Part shown: positions 16,295 through 23,636 of the stretch, piece after piece | How positions within the stretch are numbered: position 1 is the first letter of the stretch | Layout: every line of letters begins with the position of its first letter | Assembly (NCBI GenBank): GCA_031409655.1 | Contig: JANNXQ010000011.1 | Coordinates: 1 to 23,636 of the forward strand | Length of the DNA: 23,636 nt | Source of the DNA: Chthoniobacteraceae bacterium | GTDB lineage: Bacteria > Verrucomicrobiota > Verrucomicrobiia > Chthoniobacterales > Chthoniobacteraceae | Direction: 5' to 3' | Translations under genes and position numbers: made by a program | The notes under the pieces: model-generated | Databases searched by the model: none | What the model was told of the DNA's origin: nothing | Seen by the model: the letters and a program-made list of their open reading frames with translations, nothing else

Positions 16295-17770
16295 CTAGTC
16301 TTTCGGAGCTGCGGCGTTCGCTTTGTTCACCACGATCGGCGCGTCGTTCGCCTGCTTGGGGCCGGGGGTGCTACGGCCGTTGGCGATGGTTTGGTCGAGC
16401 AGCTTCGTGAGCCGTTCGACGAGGTCGCGATGCTCGGCTTGTACGTTCTTCGTTTCGCCGATGTCGGTGCTGAGGTCGTAGAGTTGCACATCGGGCAGCC
16501 CTTGCTTCCTGGCGTCGTTATCGCCCGGCTTTCCCCAGCCGCCGGAGCCGGGGCTGAACGCCAGTTTCCACTGACCCTGCCGAATCGCGAACCGGCCCGC
16601 GATGCTGTGATGCACGACGGCTTCGTGAATCGGCGCGGTGTCCTTGCCGAGCAGCGCGGGAAGGATGCTCACGCTGTCTTCGCCCGCGTTGTGTGGCAGT
16701 TTCGCGCCCAGGATTTCGGCGCAGGTGGCGATGAGGTCGCTGTGGCAGATGAATTGCGTGCTTTGCGATCCGGCCTTCACCTTCCCCGTCCAGCGCACGA
16801 AAAACGGCACCCGATGCCCGCCTTCCCAGAGGTCGGATTTGTAGCCGCGAAACTGCGCACTGGCGAAGTGCCCCTGCGCTTCGAGCTTGTCCACTTTGGA
16901 GGCGGGCGAGCAGCCGTTGTCGCTGGTGAAAACGACGAGCGTGTTGTCCGCGACGCCCGCCTTGTCCAGCGCTGCGAGCACTTCACCGACGGCCCAGTCG
17001 GTCTGCATCACGAAGTCGCCGTAGTCGCCGACCCCGCTTTTGCCCTGCCATTCCTTGCCCGGCACGATGGGCGTGTGCGGTGAGCTGAGCGGCAGGTAGA
17101 GAAAAAACGGCTGCCCTGCTTTGCTCCGCTCCGCGATGTGCTCGGTGCTGCGTTTCACGAGCGCGGGCAGGATGTCCACTGGCTCGATAAACTGAGTAAC
17201 GCGATCATTTTCAAATACCGACTTCATCATCCGCGCATGATGAAAACCGAAGAACTCATCAAAGCCGCGCGTCACCGGACCATCGCGGGTGATCGCGCCG
17301 ATCGGGGCGCCTGCACCCTTGCCTTGGCCGCCGCCCGTTTTGCCCGCGCCTTCGATGGTGTAGCCGAGATGCCACTTGCCGATGATGGCCGTGTGATAGC
17401 CGCTCTGCTTGAGCAAGCCCGGCACCGTGAGCCGATCCGCCGCGATGAGTGGCTGCACGTAGCCGTCGAGCACGCCATTCTGCAGCCGCGTGCGCCACGC
17501 ATAGCGCCCGGTGAGCAGTCCATAGCGAGTGGGTGTGCAGACGGACGAACCGCTGTGCGCATCGGTGAACGTCATGCCCTGCGAGGCAAGTTTATCGAGG
17601 CTCGGCGTTTTGATTTTGCCGCGCCCGGGATTCAGGCACTGCACGTCGCCGTAGCCGAGGTCGTCGGCGAGGATGTAGACAATGTTGGGCTGCTGCGCTC
17701 CGGGCTTGGTTGCTGCGAAGGAACTACAGACCAGCAAAAGAAACGTGGTGATCAGCGCGGTGGTTTTCAT
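16295..17770 (-). CDS. Cys-type S1 sulfatase (arylsulfatase), secreted
   Basis: PNIVYILADDLGYGD, CTPTRYGLLTG, TAIIGKWHLG, SPHTPIVP, VFTSDNG, RGYKSDLWEGGHRVP, QLYDLSTDIGE. Confidence 0.96.
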   Translation of the reverse strand: MKTTALITTFLLLVCSSFAATKPGAQQPNIVYILADDLGYGDVQCLNPGRGKIKTPSLDKLASQGMTFTDAHSGSSVCTPTRYGLLTGRYAWRTRLQNGVLDGYVQPLIAADRLTVPGLLKQSGYHTAIIGKWHLGYTIEGAGKTGGGQGKGAGAPIGAITRDGPVTRGFDEFFGFHHARMMKSVFENDRVTQFIEPVDILPALVKRSTEHIAERSKAGQPFFLYLPLSSPHTPIVPGKEWQGKSGVGDYGDFVMQTDWAVGEVLAALDKAGVADNTLVVFTSDNGCSPASKVDKLEAQGHFASAQFRGYKSDLWEGGHRVPFFVRWTGKVKAGSQSTQFICHSDLIATCAEILGAKLPHNAGEDSVSILPALLGKDTAPIHEAVVHHSIAGRFAIRQGQWKLAFSPGSGGWGKPGDNDARKQGLPDVQLYDLSTDIGETKNVQAEHRDLVERLTKLLDQTIANGRSTPGPKQANDAPIVVNKANAAAPKD

Positions 17771-17806
17771 GGTGCTGCTGTTTCAATGGAGATTCCGGCG
17801 ACGCGG

Positions 17807-19321
17807 TCACTTGTCCACTTCCGGATCGCCGCCTTCGCCTTGGTCGGCGAGATTGTTTGGATCGTAGCGCTTGGCTTTCGGATCGGCCTTCGGGTTGGGT
17901 TTTGGGAAGTAGCCGCCGACGGCTTTCAGGCGGGCCATCATGTCCTGCTGCATCCGGGCGGCGACCTCGGGTTTGGCTTTGGCGAGATTGCTGCGTTCGC
18001 CTAGATCGCTCGTCAGGTTGCAAAGGAACGAGTCATTTGGCCATTCGTAGAAGTGCAGCAGCTTCATGTCGCCCTGCACAATCGCGGAGCATGGTGGCGA
18101 GACGCGGTAGTGCGGATAGTGAAAGTAGAGGGCGCGGTTGCTCAGGCTTTCCGGCAGTTGCTGATTCAGCAGCGCCCGCTTGATGCTGATGCCGTCCACG
18201 TCCTTTGATTGATGACTCGTGGCTCCAGCGAAGTCGGCGAAGGTGGGCAGGAAATCGTAGCCAACCACATTCACCGCACTGCGCGAAGCGGCGGGAATGC
18301 CCGGCCCGCGAATGATCAGCGGCACGCGCAAGCCGTCTTCCCAAAGCCACCACTTGGAACCACGCAGCGGGTCATGGGATTCGTTCCAACCTTGGTAACC
18401 ATTGTCGGCGGTGAAGACGACGATCGTGTTCTGGGCAACGCCGAGTTCATCCAGCTTGGCTAGCAGCGTGCCGATGGTGGTGTCGAGGTCTTCCGCCATC
18501 GCGGCGCTGAGGACAGTATTCTCCCGCTCGCGCTTGCTCTCGATTTTTACGAACACCGGGTTCTTCTCGTTTTTCTCCAAGGTGGCTTTGCGGGCCTGAT
18601 ACTTCGCGTGCGTGGCATAATGCGAAAGCTGCACGTAGAAAGGTTTGCCCGCCTTGGCTTGGCGCTCCATGAAGTCCACGCTGCGCTTGGTGATGCTGAA
18701 CATGAGCTTCGGATCCTCGGTGGTAGTCTTTTTCTTTCCGGTCGCCGGATCGACCGTCGGATTGCCGGCCTTGTTGTCGGTTTCGCCATCACTTTCGTCG
18801 AAGCCGTGTTTCTCGGGACCGCCGCCGTAGATATGCCATTTGCCGAAGTGGGCCGTGGCGAAGCCCGAGGCCTTCAACACATCGCCAATGGACGGAAAGC
18901 GAATGTTGCCCTGCGGTTCTGGATGGAGCAGTGGCAGCGCGGCGTCCTCTTTGCGCGACATGTATTTTACGGTGCCATCCGTCTTTGATCCAAACCCGCC
19001 ATTGCCGCTGTAGAGATGACGCGCCGTCATCATCCCGGTCATGATGGAGCAACGCGATGGAGCACACATCCCGGCGGCAGCGCGCGCGTTGCGGAAGGTC
19101 ATGCCTTGCGCGGCCAGCTTCTCGACATTGGGCATGTTGCGAAACGCCATCGCCGATCCCGGGTTGGCCGCATCCATCCGCACCGGCGTGCCAAACCACG
19201 GCATGTCGTCAACGAGGATGAAAACAATGTTCGGCTGCTTCGATGCAGGTGCATCGGCAGCGTTCAGAGAGACGAGCGGTGCGAGCAGCAGCGCGGCTAG
19301 CAAAGCGAGTTTGTGTTTCAT
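17807..19321 (-). CDS. Cys-type S1 sulfatase, secreted
   Basis: Start ATG 19321 (MKHKLALLAALLLAPLVSLNAADA). PNIVFILVDDMPW, CAPSRCSIMTG, TAHFGKWHI, SHYATH, VFTADNG, LRGSKWWLWEDGLRVP, FHYPHY. Confidence 0.93.
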   Translation of the reverse strand: MKHKLALLAALLLAPLVSLNAADAPASKQPNIVFILVDDMPWFGTPVRMDAANPGSAMAFRNMPNVEKLAAQGMTFRNARAAAGMCAPSRCSIMTGMMTARHLYSGNGGFGSKTDGTVKYMSRKEDAALPLLHPEPQGNIRFPSIGDVLKASGFATAHFGKWHIYGGGPEKHGFDESDGETDNKAGNPTVDPATGKKKTTTEDPKLMFSITKRSVDFMERQAKAGKPFYVQLSHYATHAKYQARKATLEKNEKNPVFVKIESKRERENTVLSAAMAEDLDTTIGTLLAKLDELGVAQNTIVVFTADNGYQGWNESHDPLRGSKWWLWEDGLRVPLIIRGPGIPAASRSAVNVVGYDFLPTFADFAGATSHQSKDVDGISIKRALLNQQLPESLSNRALYFHYPHYRVSPPCSAIVQGDMKLLHFYEWPNDSFLCNLTSDLGERSNLAKAKPEVAARMQQDMMARLKAVGGYFPKPNPKADPKAKRYDPNNLADQGEGGDPEVDK

Positions 19322-19346
19322 GCTGAGGCTGGTTGAGCTGTCGGAG

Positions 19347-19769
19347 TCACTTGCCAACTTCCGCCACATTGACGGTGCGGACTTGGAGGTCTTTGAAAAG
19401 CTCGCTCGCCTTGAAGGCCCCGGCCCGCGTGCCCTTGCCGCTGGTCCAGAGCGGCGTGGTGCTGCCGTCGGCGTGGCGGATGCGGAGGTTGTCGAGATAG
19501 ATGGTGAAGGTGGGATGCCGCCCGGTGAGCAGCATCGCGCGGGTGGGCGAGCACACGCACCAGCCCATGAACTGCGTCAGCTCGACGCCGCGGGAAAAGA
19601 GCCGGTCAATGTTCGGCGTGGGCACCCTGCCGCCGTGCACGCTGATGTCACCCCAGCCGAGGTCGTCGGCCATGATGTAAACGACGTTGGGCTTCGGCGC
19701 GTCAGCGGCGCGCAGCCCGGCCAGCGGAACCAAGAGAAGGGCGATGCTGAGTGTGAAAGCGTAGTTCAT
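19347..19769 (-). pseudogene. Deletion-fusion chimera: sulfatase N-terminus joined in frame to an unrelated C-terminus (140 aa)
   Basis: Signal peptide, PNVVYIMADDLGWGD and CSPTRAMLLTGRHP, then an abrupt switch (about 19511/19512) to TFTIYLDNLRIRHADGSTTPLW... The GKWH, SDNG and EGG-x-RVP motifs are all missing. Confidence 0.8.
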
Positions 19770-19770
19770 G

Positions 19771-20874
19771 TTACTTGGTTCGTTTATCCTTCTTCCTTTT
19801 CGTCGACTGGCCGGTTGGCGAGGCGGGCCGTTCCTCCAGTAGCCGCTGCTCGCGAATCAACTCCAATCGCAACTGCTCCTCGCTCGGCAGCACCAGCTTG
19901 TAGCGCGTGGCGAAAAGCTTCTCGTTCCCGTGCAGCACCGAGTAGCGCACCATGGATGCATCCTTTGCCGCGCACAGGATGATGCCCACCGTCGGGCCAT
20001 CGCCCGCGCCGCGCTGCTGCTCGTCGAACATCCGCACATACATGTCCATCTGCCCGATGTCGCCGTGCGTGAGTTCGCGCGGCTTGAGGTCGAAGATGAC
20101 GAAGCACTTCAGCACGTAGTTGTAGAAGACGAGGTCGAGGTAAAAATCCTTCGTCTCCGTGCTCATCCGCATCTGCCGTGCGACGAAGGCAAAGCCCTTG
20201 CCCAGCTCCAGCAGGAACGATTGCAGATGGTCAATGAGCCGCTGCTCCATGTCCGACTCCAGCAGCCGCCCCGTCTCCGGCAGGCCGAGAAATTCCAGCA
20301 GCACCGGGTCGCGCACAAAATCGCGCGGCGACGGCGGCAACTCCGCGATTTTCTCCTCCGCCTCCGCCCGCACCGCCTTCCGGTCCTTGCTGGAAAGCAG
20401 CCGCTCGTAGTAAAGCCGCCCCACCTGCCGCTCCAGCGCCCGCGAACTCCAGTTCTGCGCCACGGTCTCGTTCGCATACCACTCCCGCGCCGCGTCATCC
20501 TCCACACGGAGCAACGTGCGGTAGTGCGTCCAACTCAATTCGTGACGCAGTGCGTCACAAATTGGGAACGCGACGTAAAACAGCCGCATGTAGCGGAGAT
20601 TCGACGCATCGAATCCGCGCCCGAATTCCTCCGTCAGCTTCTCAGCCAACCGCGGTAGCAACTTCGCCCCATACTCCGCCCGCGCCGCGCCGCCTTGCTC
20701 GAATTCGACAATGTGCCGCCCCACGCCCCAACAAGTCCGCACCTGCACCACATCCACCGCCCGCAAGACCTGCTGACGGCTCTCGGTGATGAACTCTCGC
20801 AGGTCACGCAACAGTCCGTCGAAGCCGGGCTTCGCGGACTGGAGGGCTTTGGATTTGGTCGGGCGTTTACTCAT
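19771..20874 (-). CDS. yhcG: YhcG / DUF1016 family PD-(D/E)XK nuclease-domain protein
   Basis: WGVGRHIVEFEQGGAARAEYG, GFDASNLRYMRLFY, LSWTHYRTLL, WSSRALERQ, RDPVLLEFL, FLLELGKGFAFVARQ, FYLDLVFYN...VIFDLK, GQMDMYV, GIILC. Confidence 0.95.
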   Translation of the reverse strand: MSKRPTKSKALQSAKPGFDGLLRDLREFITESRQQVLRAVDVVQVRTCWGVGRHIVEFEQGGAARAEYGAKLLPRLAEKLTEEFGRGFDASNLRYMRLFYVAFPICDALRHELSWTHYRTLLRVEDDAAREWYANETVAQNWSSRALERQVGRLYYERLLSSKDRKAVRAEAEEKIAELPPSPRDFVRDPVLLEFLGLPETGRLLESDMEQRLIDHLQSFLLELGKGFAFVARQMRMSTETKDFYLDLVFYNYVLKCFVIFDLKPRELTHGDIGQMDMYVRMFDEQQRGAGDGPTVGIILCAAKDASMVRYSVLHGNEKLFATRYKLVLPSEEQLRLELIREQRLLEERPASPTGQSTKRKKDKRTK

Positions 20875-23146
20875 GGCTCGGTTTCTCCGCCTGATGTTCA
20901 GCCTTCAAAGTTTCCAAGGCATCAACAAGCAACACCTTGATTTCCTCTACCCACGCCTGCGCCCAGCGGTCACTGATGGACTGTGGCACGGGCACCTGAT
21001 GAACAAAAAGTTCACGGACGCGCTGCTTCCGGGTAAATGTGCTGCCGGTTCCAGAGGGTTCGTATGCGCTTTGCCATTTTAGCTGCGGGACTTTCCACAG
21101 ACGCGACTTGCTCAATTCGGTGAGAGCATCATTCACAAGCTGCTTTAGCCGGTCGATGATGGCGGCTTTCTCGGCGTCACTGATTTTCTTTTTTTCCGGC
21201 AACCATTCCAGAGGTGCCTCCAAGAAACGAGTCAAGACGTTTCGGGTGAGACTGATAAGAGTGTCAATCGGCCTCAACCAGTAGCCATCAAACCATCCTT
21301 CGGCGTGCCGCCGCGCCATAGCTTTGATGCTCTGCCACGGTGCGGAACTGATGCCTTCGACTCGCTTGTAGCCGAGCCGCGCTTCCCACACTTCCTGAAA
21401 TGCTACACTGGCTTCGCGAACAGCCAGACCGAGACTCTCAAAACTGTATTTCGGCACGCTCGGTTGGAGTTTTTGCGGGTTTGCCTGCGCGATAAAGTGC
21501 TCCGCAATTCCCCACATGTCTTTGCCCAGCGAATCCTCGAAGCCCGCCTTGTCTTCATCGTCCCAGCTTTCTGGATACTTTTTAGGGTCGAGATACCCCA
21601 AGTAGAACGTGCTGCTCTCAAGGTGCGCCGCGAGTTGTCTCGCTGCATCTCGGCTCACATTCCGGCTCACTTCATTGTCGATGAGGCTGCGAAGTCCGCT
21701 AAACGCTTTAGCCTTTCTGTCCTCAGCCGTGGGAATGTCGTCCCCGACGACCAAGTCCATGTGCGAAAGAATAACCGTCAGATTCGCCGTGTAGCCGGCA
21801 CCCGCGATTGCCTCCATCACCTTCCGGGCTGACTGACTCTTGAGCGAGTCCTTGCCGGATTCTACGAAAAGAATGTTCTGCACCTGCCCGAACATGGATG
21901 TCGTTTCGCTGGAAAGTTCGGTCGCTGGCTTTTCGTGGTCGAGTCCTTGTGTGTCCACAAACACATGGGCGTAGGATTCACCCGCAGGAACCCATTCGGG
22001 ACGAAACGGTCCGCTGACCCGGATGCCGGTGACGAGCGGAGTCAGCAAGCTGCCCCATTCTTCTTTCACGTTGGAGCAAAACCAGCGCACTGCGGCCAAA
22101 AAGGAATCTCGCTCGCTAGCAGTTGCAGCAAACGACCAAGCGTCTGGCCACCCCGTCGAAGATTTGCTGAATTTGCCTGCGGGCAGCGCGGAGAATCGCT
22201 CCGCAATCTCGTCCATAATCTCATTCACTAGGTCTAGGAAATCATCGGACTGCTCGCCAGCTTGCTGCATTTCGTCGAGTGCGAAGCTGCGTTCCTCGTC
22301 CTTGAGTGTTTCCAAGGCTCCGAGCACGGGCTCAACTTCCTTGCGCGCGGCTTCGGCGATTCGCCGAATCGCAGCGAGTGTTGCTTTGAGGAATTTCGAT
22401 GATTCTGCCGATTTGCTTTCAGCTTTGCCTTTGACGGGTGCATCGAAGGAAGAACCTCCGCCTGCCTTTGGCTTCGGGGTTTGCCAGTCGCCGAGGGCAT
22501 ACTTGAGGCGAAACCTTTGGTCGCTGTCGTCCAGCAGGTCTTTCATCACAGCGCCATCGCGTGCCCCCTCAACGGCTTTCAGCACCGCATTGGAGACTGA
22601 TTCGATTACCTCCTGCTGCGTCTGTTGGCGGGTCAAAAAAGTCACCGCTGCCGCGAAATCCTTGAGGCCAGTGATGATTTCGATTTCACAAGTTGTCGTT
22701 CGATTCGTTGAGGTCGCCGGAAAGCGGTCACGCACGGCGTCGCAACCAATCAACCTGCGGAGCAACGTGGTTTTTCCCACTCCCGAGTTGCCAAGTATCA
22801 GCGTTCGCACGGAATCCTGCGGGTCAATGGGCGGCAACGGATGCAGACGGTCTCGCAAGGCGCGGTGGCCAGTGACCGATGGGTCAAGGTCGCCGTAGAA
22901 AATATCGACGATTGCCGGAAACGCTGCGAACTCGCGCGCTGCCTCTGCTCGGCTCCCGACAGAACGAAGGTCTTCGCGCGCCAGCAGGATGTTCATCTGC
23001 TCCTCCAACTTGCGGGCAACCGCCTCGTCAGATGTTCCAAGACCTTTGCAGACCTTCTTGCCCGCTTTCAAAGGGTGCCGGAAGCTGATGACAAAGCCGT
23101 TGCGGCCGGGATTTCGTTTCGCTTTTGCTGTGTAGTTCGTTTTCAT
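20867..23146 (-). CDS. Large P-loop GTPase (dynamin-like/TRAFAC motifs) with a basic N-terminal module; function unknown
   Basis: G1 ILGNSGVGKTT (about 22769-22792), G2-like STNRTTT, a long helical-looking insert, G3 FVDTQGLD (about 21944-21955), G4-like ILSHMD (about 21755-21766) and a helical-looking C-terminus. No signal peptide. Start ATG 23146 preferred over GTG 23161. Confidence 0.75.
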   Translation of the reverse strand: MKTNYTAKAKRNPGRNGFVISFRHPLKAGKKVCKGLGTSDEAVARKLEEQMNILLAREDLRSVGSRAEAAREFAAFPAIVDIFYGDLDPSVTGHRALRDRLHPLPPIDPQDSVRTLILGNSGVGKTTLLRRLIGCDAVRDRFPATSTNRTTTCEIEIITGLKDFAAAVTFLTRQQTQQEVIESVSNAVLKAVEGARDGAVMKDLLDDSDQRFRLKYALGDWQTPKPKAGGGSSFDAPVKGKAESKSAESSKFLKATLAAIRRIAEAARKEVEPVLGALETLKDEERSFALDEMQQAGEQSDDFLDLVNEIMDEIAERFSALPAGKFSKSSTGWPDAWSFAATASERDSFLAAVRWFCSNVKEEWGSLLTPLVTGIRVSGPFRPEWVPAGESYAHVFVDTQGLDHEKPATELSSETTSMFGQVQNILFVESGKDSLKSQSARKVMEAIAGAGYTANLTVILSHMDLVVGDDIPTAEDRKAKAFSGLRSLIDNEVSRNVSRDAARQLAAHLESSTFYLGYLDPKKYPESWDDEDKAGFEDSLGKDMWGIAEHFIAQANPQKLQPSVPKYSFESLGLAVREASVAFQEVWEARLGYKRVEGISSAPWQSIKAMARRHAEGWFDGYWLRPIDTLISLTRNVLTRFLEAPLEWLPEKKKISDAEKAAIIDRLKQLVNDALTELSKSRLWKVPQLKWQSAYEPSGTGSTFTRKQRVRELFVHQVPVPQSISDRWAQAWVEEIKVLLVDALETLKAEHQAEKPSHE

Positions 23147-23153
23147 GCGACGG

Positions 23154-23210
23154 TATTCCACAGCATACCAATCGATGCGTCAAATCTTTTATGGAATATC
23201 TTGGAATATC
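23154..23210. repeat. Three TGGAATA boxes: two tandem TGGAATATC (10-nt period) and one inverted copy
   Basis: Plus strand TGGAATATC at 23192-23200 and 23202-23210; TATTCCA at 23154-23160. Confidence 0.8.
23155..23183 (-). promoter_or_regulatory. Putative sigma70 promoter for the GTPase-yhcG unit
   Basis: Minus strand TTGACG (23183-23178), 17 nt, then TGGAAT (23160-23155). An alternative extended -10, TGgTATGCT (23170-23162), lies in the spacer. It sits in an AT-rich intergenic stretch. Confidence 0.5.
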
Positions 23211-23230
23211 GTTGGAGGCGATTTTTGAAG

Positions 23231-23636
23231 CTACCTGGCCAGCGGATTCCACACCTTCCGAAACCCCAGCCCCTCGAAGTCCTTCACGTTCACCGTCGCG
23301 AGTTCGGTCACGCCTTGCGCGGTCATGGTGAGGGCGGAGCGGGTGTCGTAGATTTTGCGGAAGGCGAAGTCTTTGGTGCGGGCTTTTTGCCAGAGGGTGT
23401 CGTGGAGCGGGCGGCTTTCGGTGGGGAAGCCGATGAGCCGCCAGCGGGGATGCGTGCGGTAGGTTTGGATGACTTCGACGGCTTCATCGGCGGCGAGCGG
23501 GTGCTTGAGCACGGCGGGGTTGCGGAGCAGGCCGTAGAACTCGGCGAGGATGAACTCGGAGATGGCCACGTCCTCGTCGCGTTGAATCGAGGTCAGCCAG
23601 GCGTGGGCGGATTCATTCCACGGGGAGGCCGTGTTG
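23231..23636 (-). CDS. vapC: PIN-domain (VapC-type) ribonuclease toxin; 5' end outside the window
   Basis: Open frame to the window edge: NTASPWNESAHAWLTSIQRDEDVAISEFILAEFYGLLRNP...RKIYDTRSALTMTAQGVTELATVNVKDFEGLGFRKVWNPL. The conserved PIN acidic residues (E, D, T-x-N-x-x-DF) are present; the N-terminal DTN motif would lie upstream. Confidence 0.85.
   Translation of the reverse strand, partial: NTASPWNESAHAWLTSIQRDEDVAISEFILAEFYGLLRNPAVLKHPLAADEAVEVIQTYRTHPRWRLIGFPTESRPLHDTLWQKARTKDFAFRKIYDTRSALTMTAQGVTELATVNVKDFEGLGFRKVWNPLAR

Noticed and set aside
20867..23146. Calling the GTPase McrB or a named defence protein (e.g. LeoA, CrfC)
   Set aside because: The motifs are TRAFAC/dynamin-like (DTxG), not AAA+ McrB, and I cannot support orthology to any named protein without a search.
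23191..23215. CRISPR or iteron array
   Set aside because: Only two 9-nt tandem copies plus one inverted 7-mer; no spacers and no cas or rep genes.
1..23636. Integron cassette array (co-oriented genes plus a toxin gene)
   Set aside because: Intergenic gaps are mostly too short and show no attC-like palindromes, several genes overlap, and no integrase is seen.

Overview
High-GC bacterial window in which every credible gene lies on the minus strand, tightly packed (most gaps under ~40 nt). The gene families and SD-less start contexts suggest a Verrucomicrobia/Planctomycetes (PVC) genome; this is inference. In transcription order (right to left): a partial PIN/VapC gene; a short AT-rich spacer with a sigma70-like promoter and three TGGAATA boxes; a ~759-aa dynamin-like P-loop GTPase with an unusual basic N-terminal module, overlapping a YhcG (DUF1016) PD-(D/E)XK nuclease gene. 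An array of secreted enzymes follows: a deletion-fused sulfatase chimera, four full-length Cys-type sulfatases, a GH99/GH71-like hydrolase, a five-heme cytochrome c with a PA14-like domain, a prolyl oligopeptidase, a beta-propeller dehydrogenase-like protein, a ThuA-like protein, a zinc metallopeptidase and two SGNH/SASA acetylesterases. Features the ORF track does not show: (i) a ~0.8-kb fossil mosaic (11249-12051) of four gene fragments: DUF4832-like, GH32-like, an ~84%-identical copy of part of the esterase at 1188-2840, and a sulfatase C-terminus with two stops and a frameshift; (ii) a 63-nt in-frame palindromic insertion inside a sulfatase; (iii) a stereotyped leader sequence shared by unrelated genes. 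The best candidate for a new system is the GTPase + YhcG (+ PIN) module with its putative operator. No rRNA, tRNA, CRISPR array, transposase or integrase was seen.
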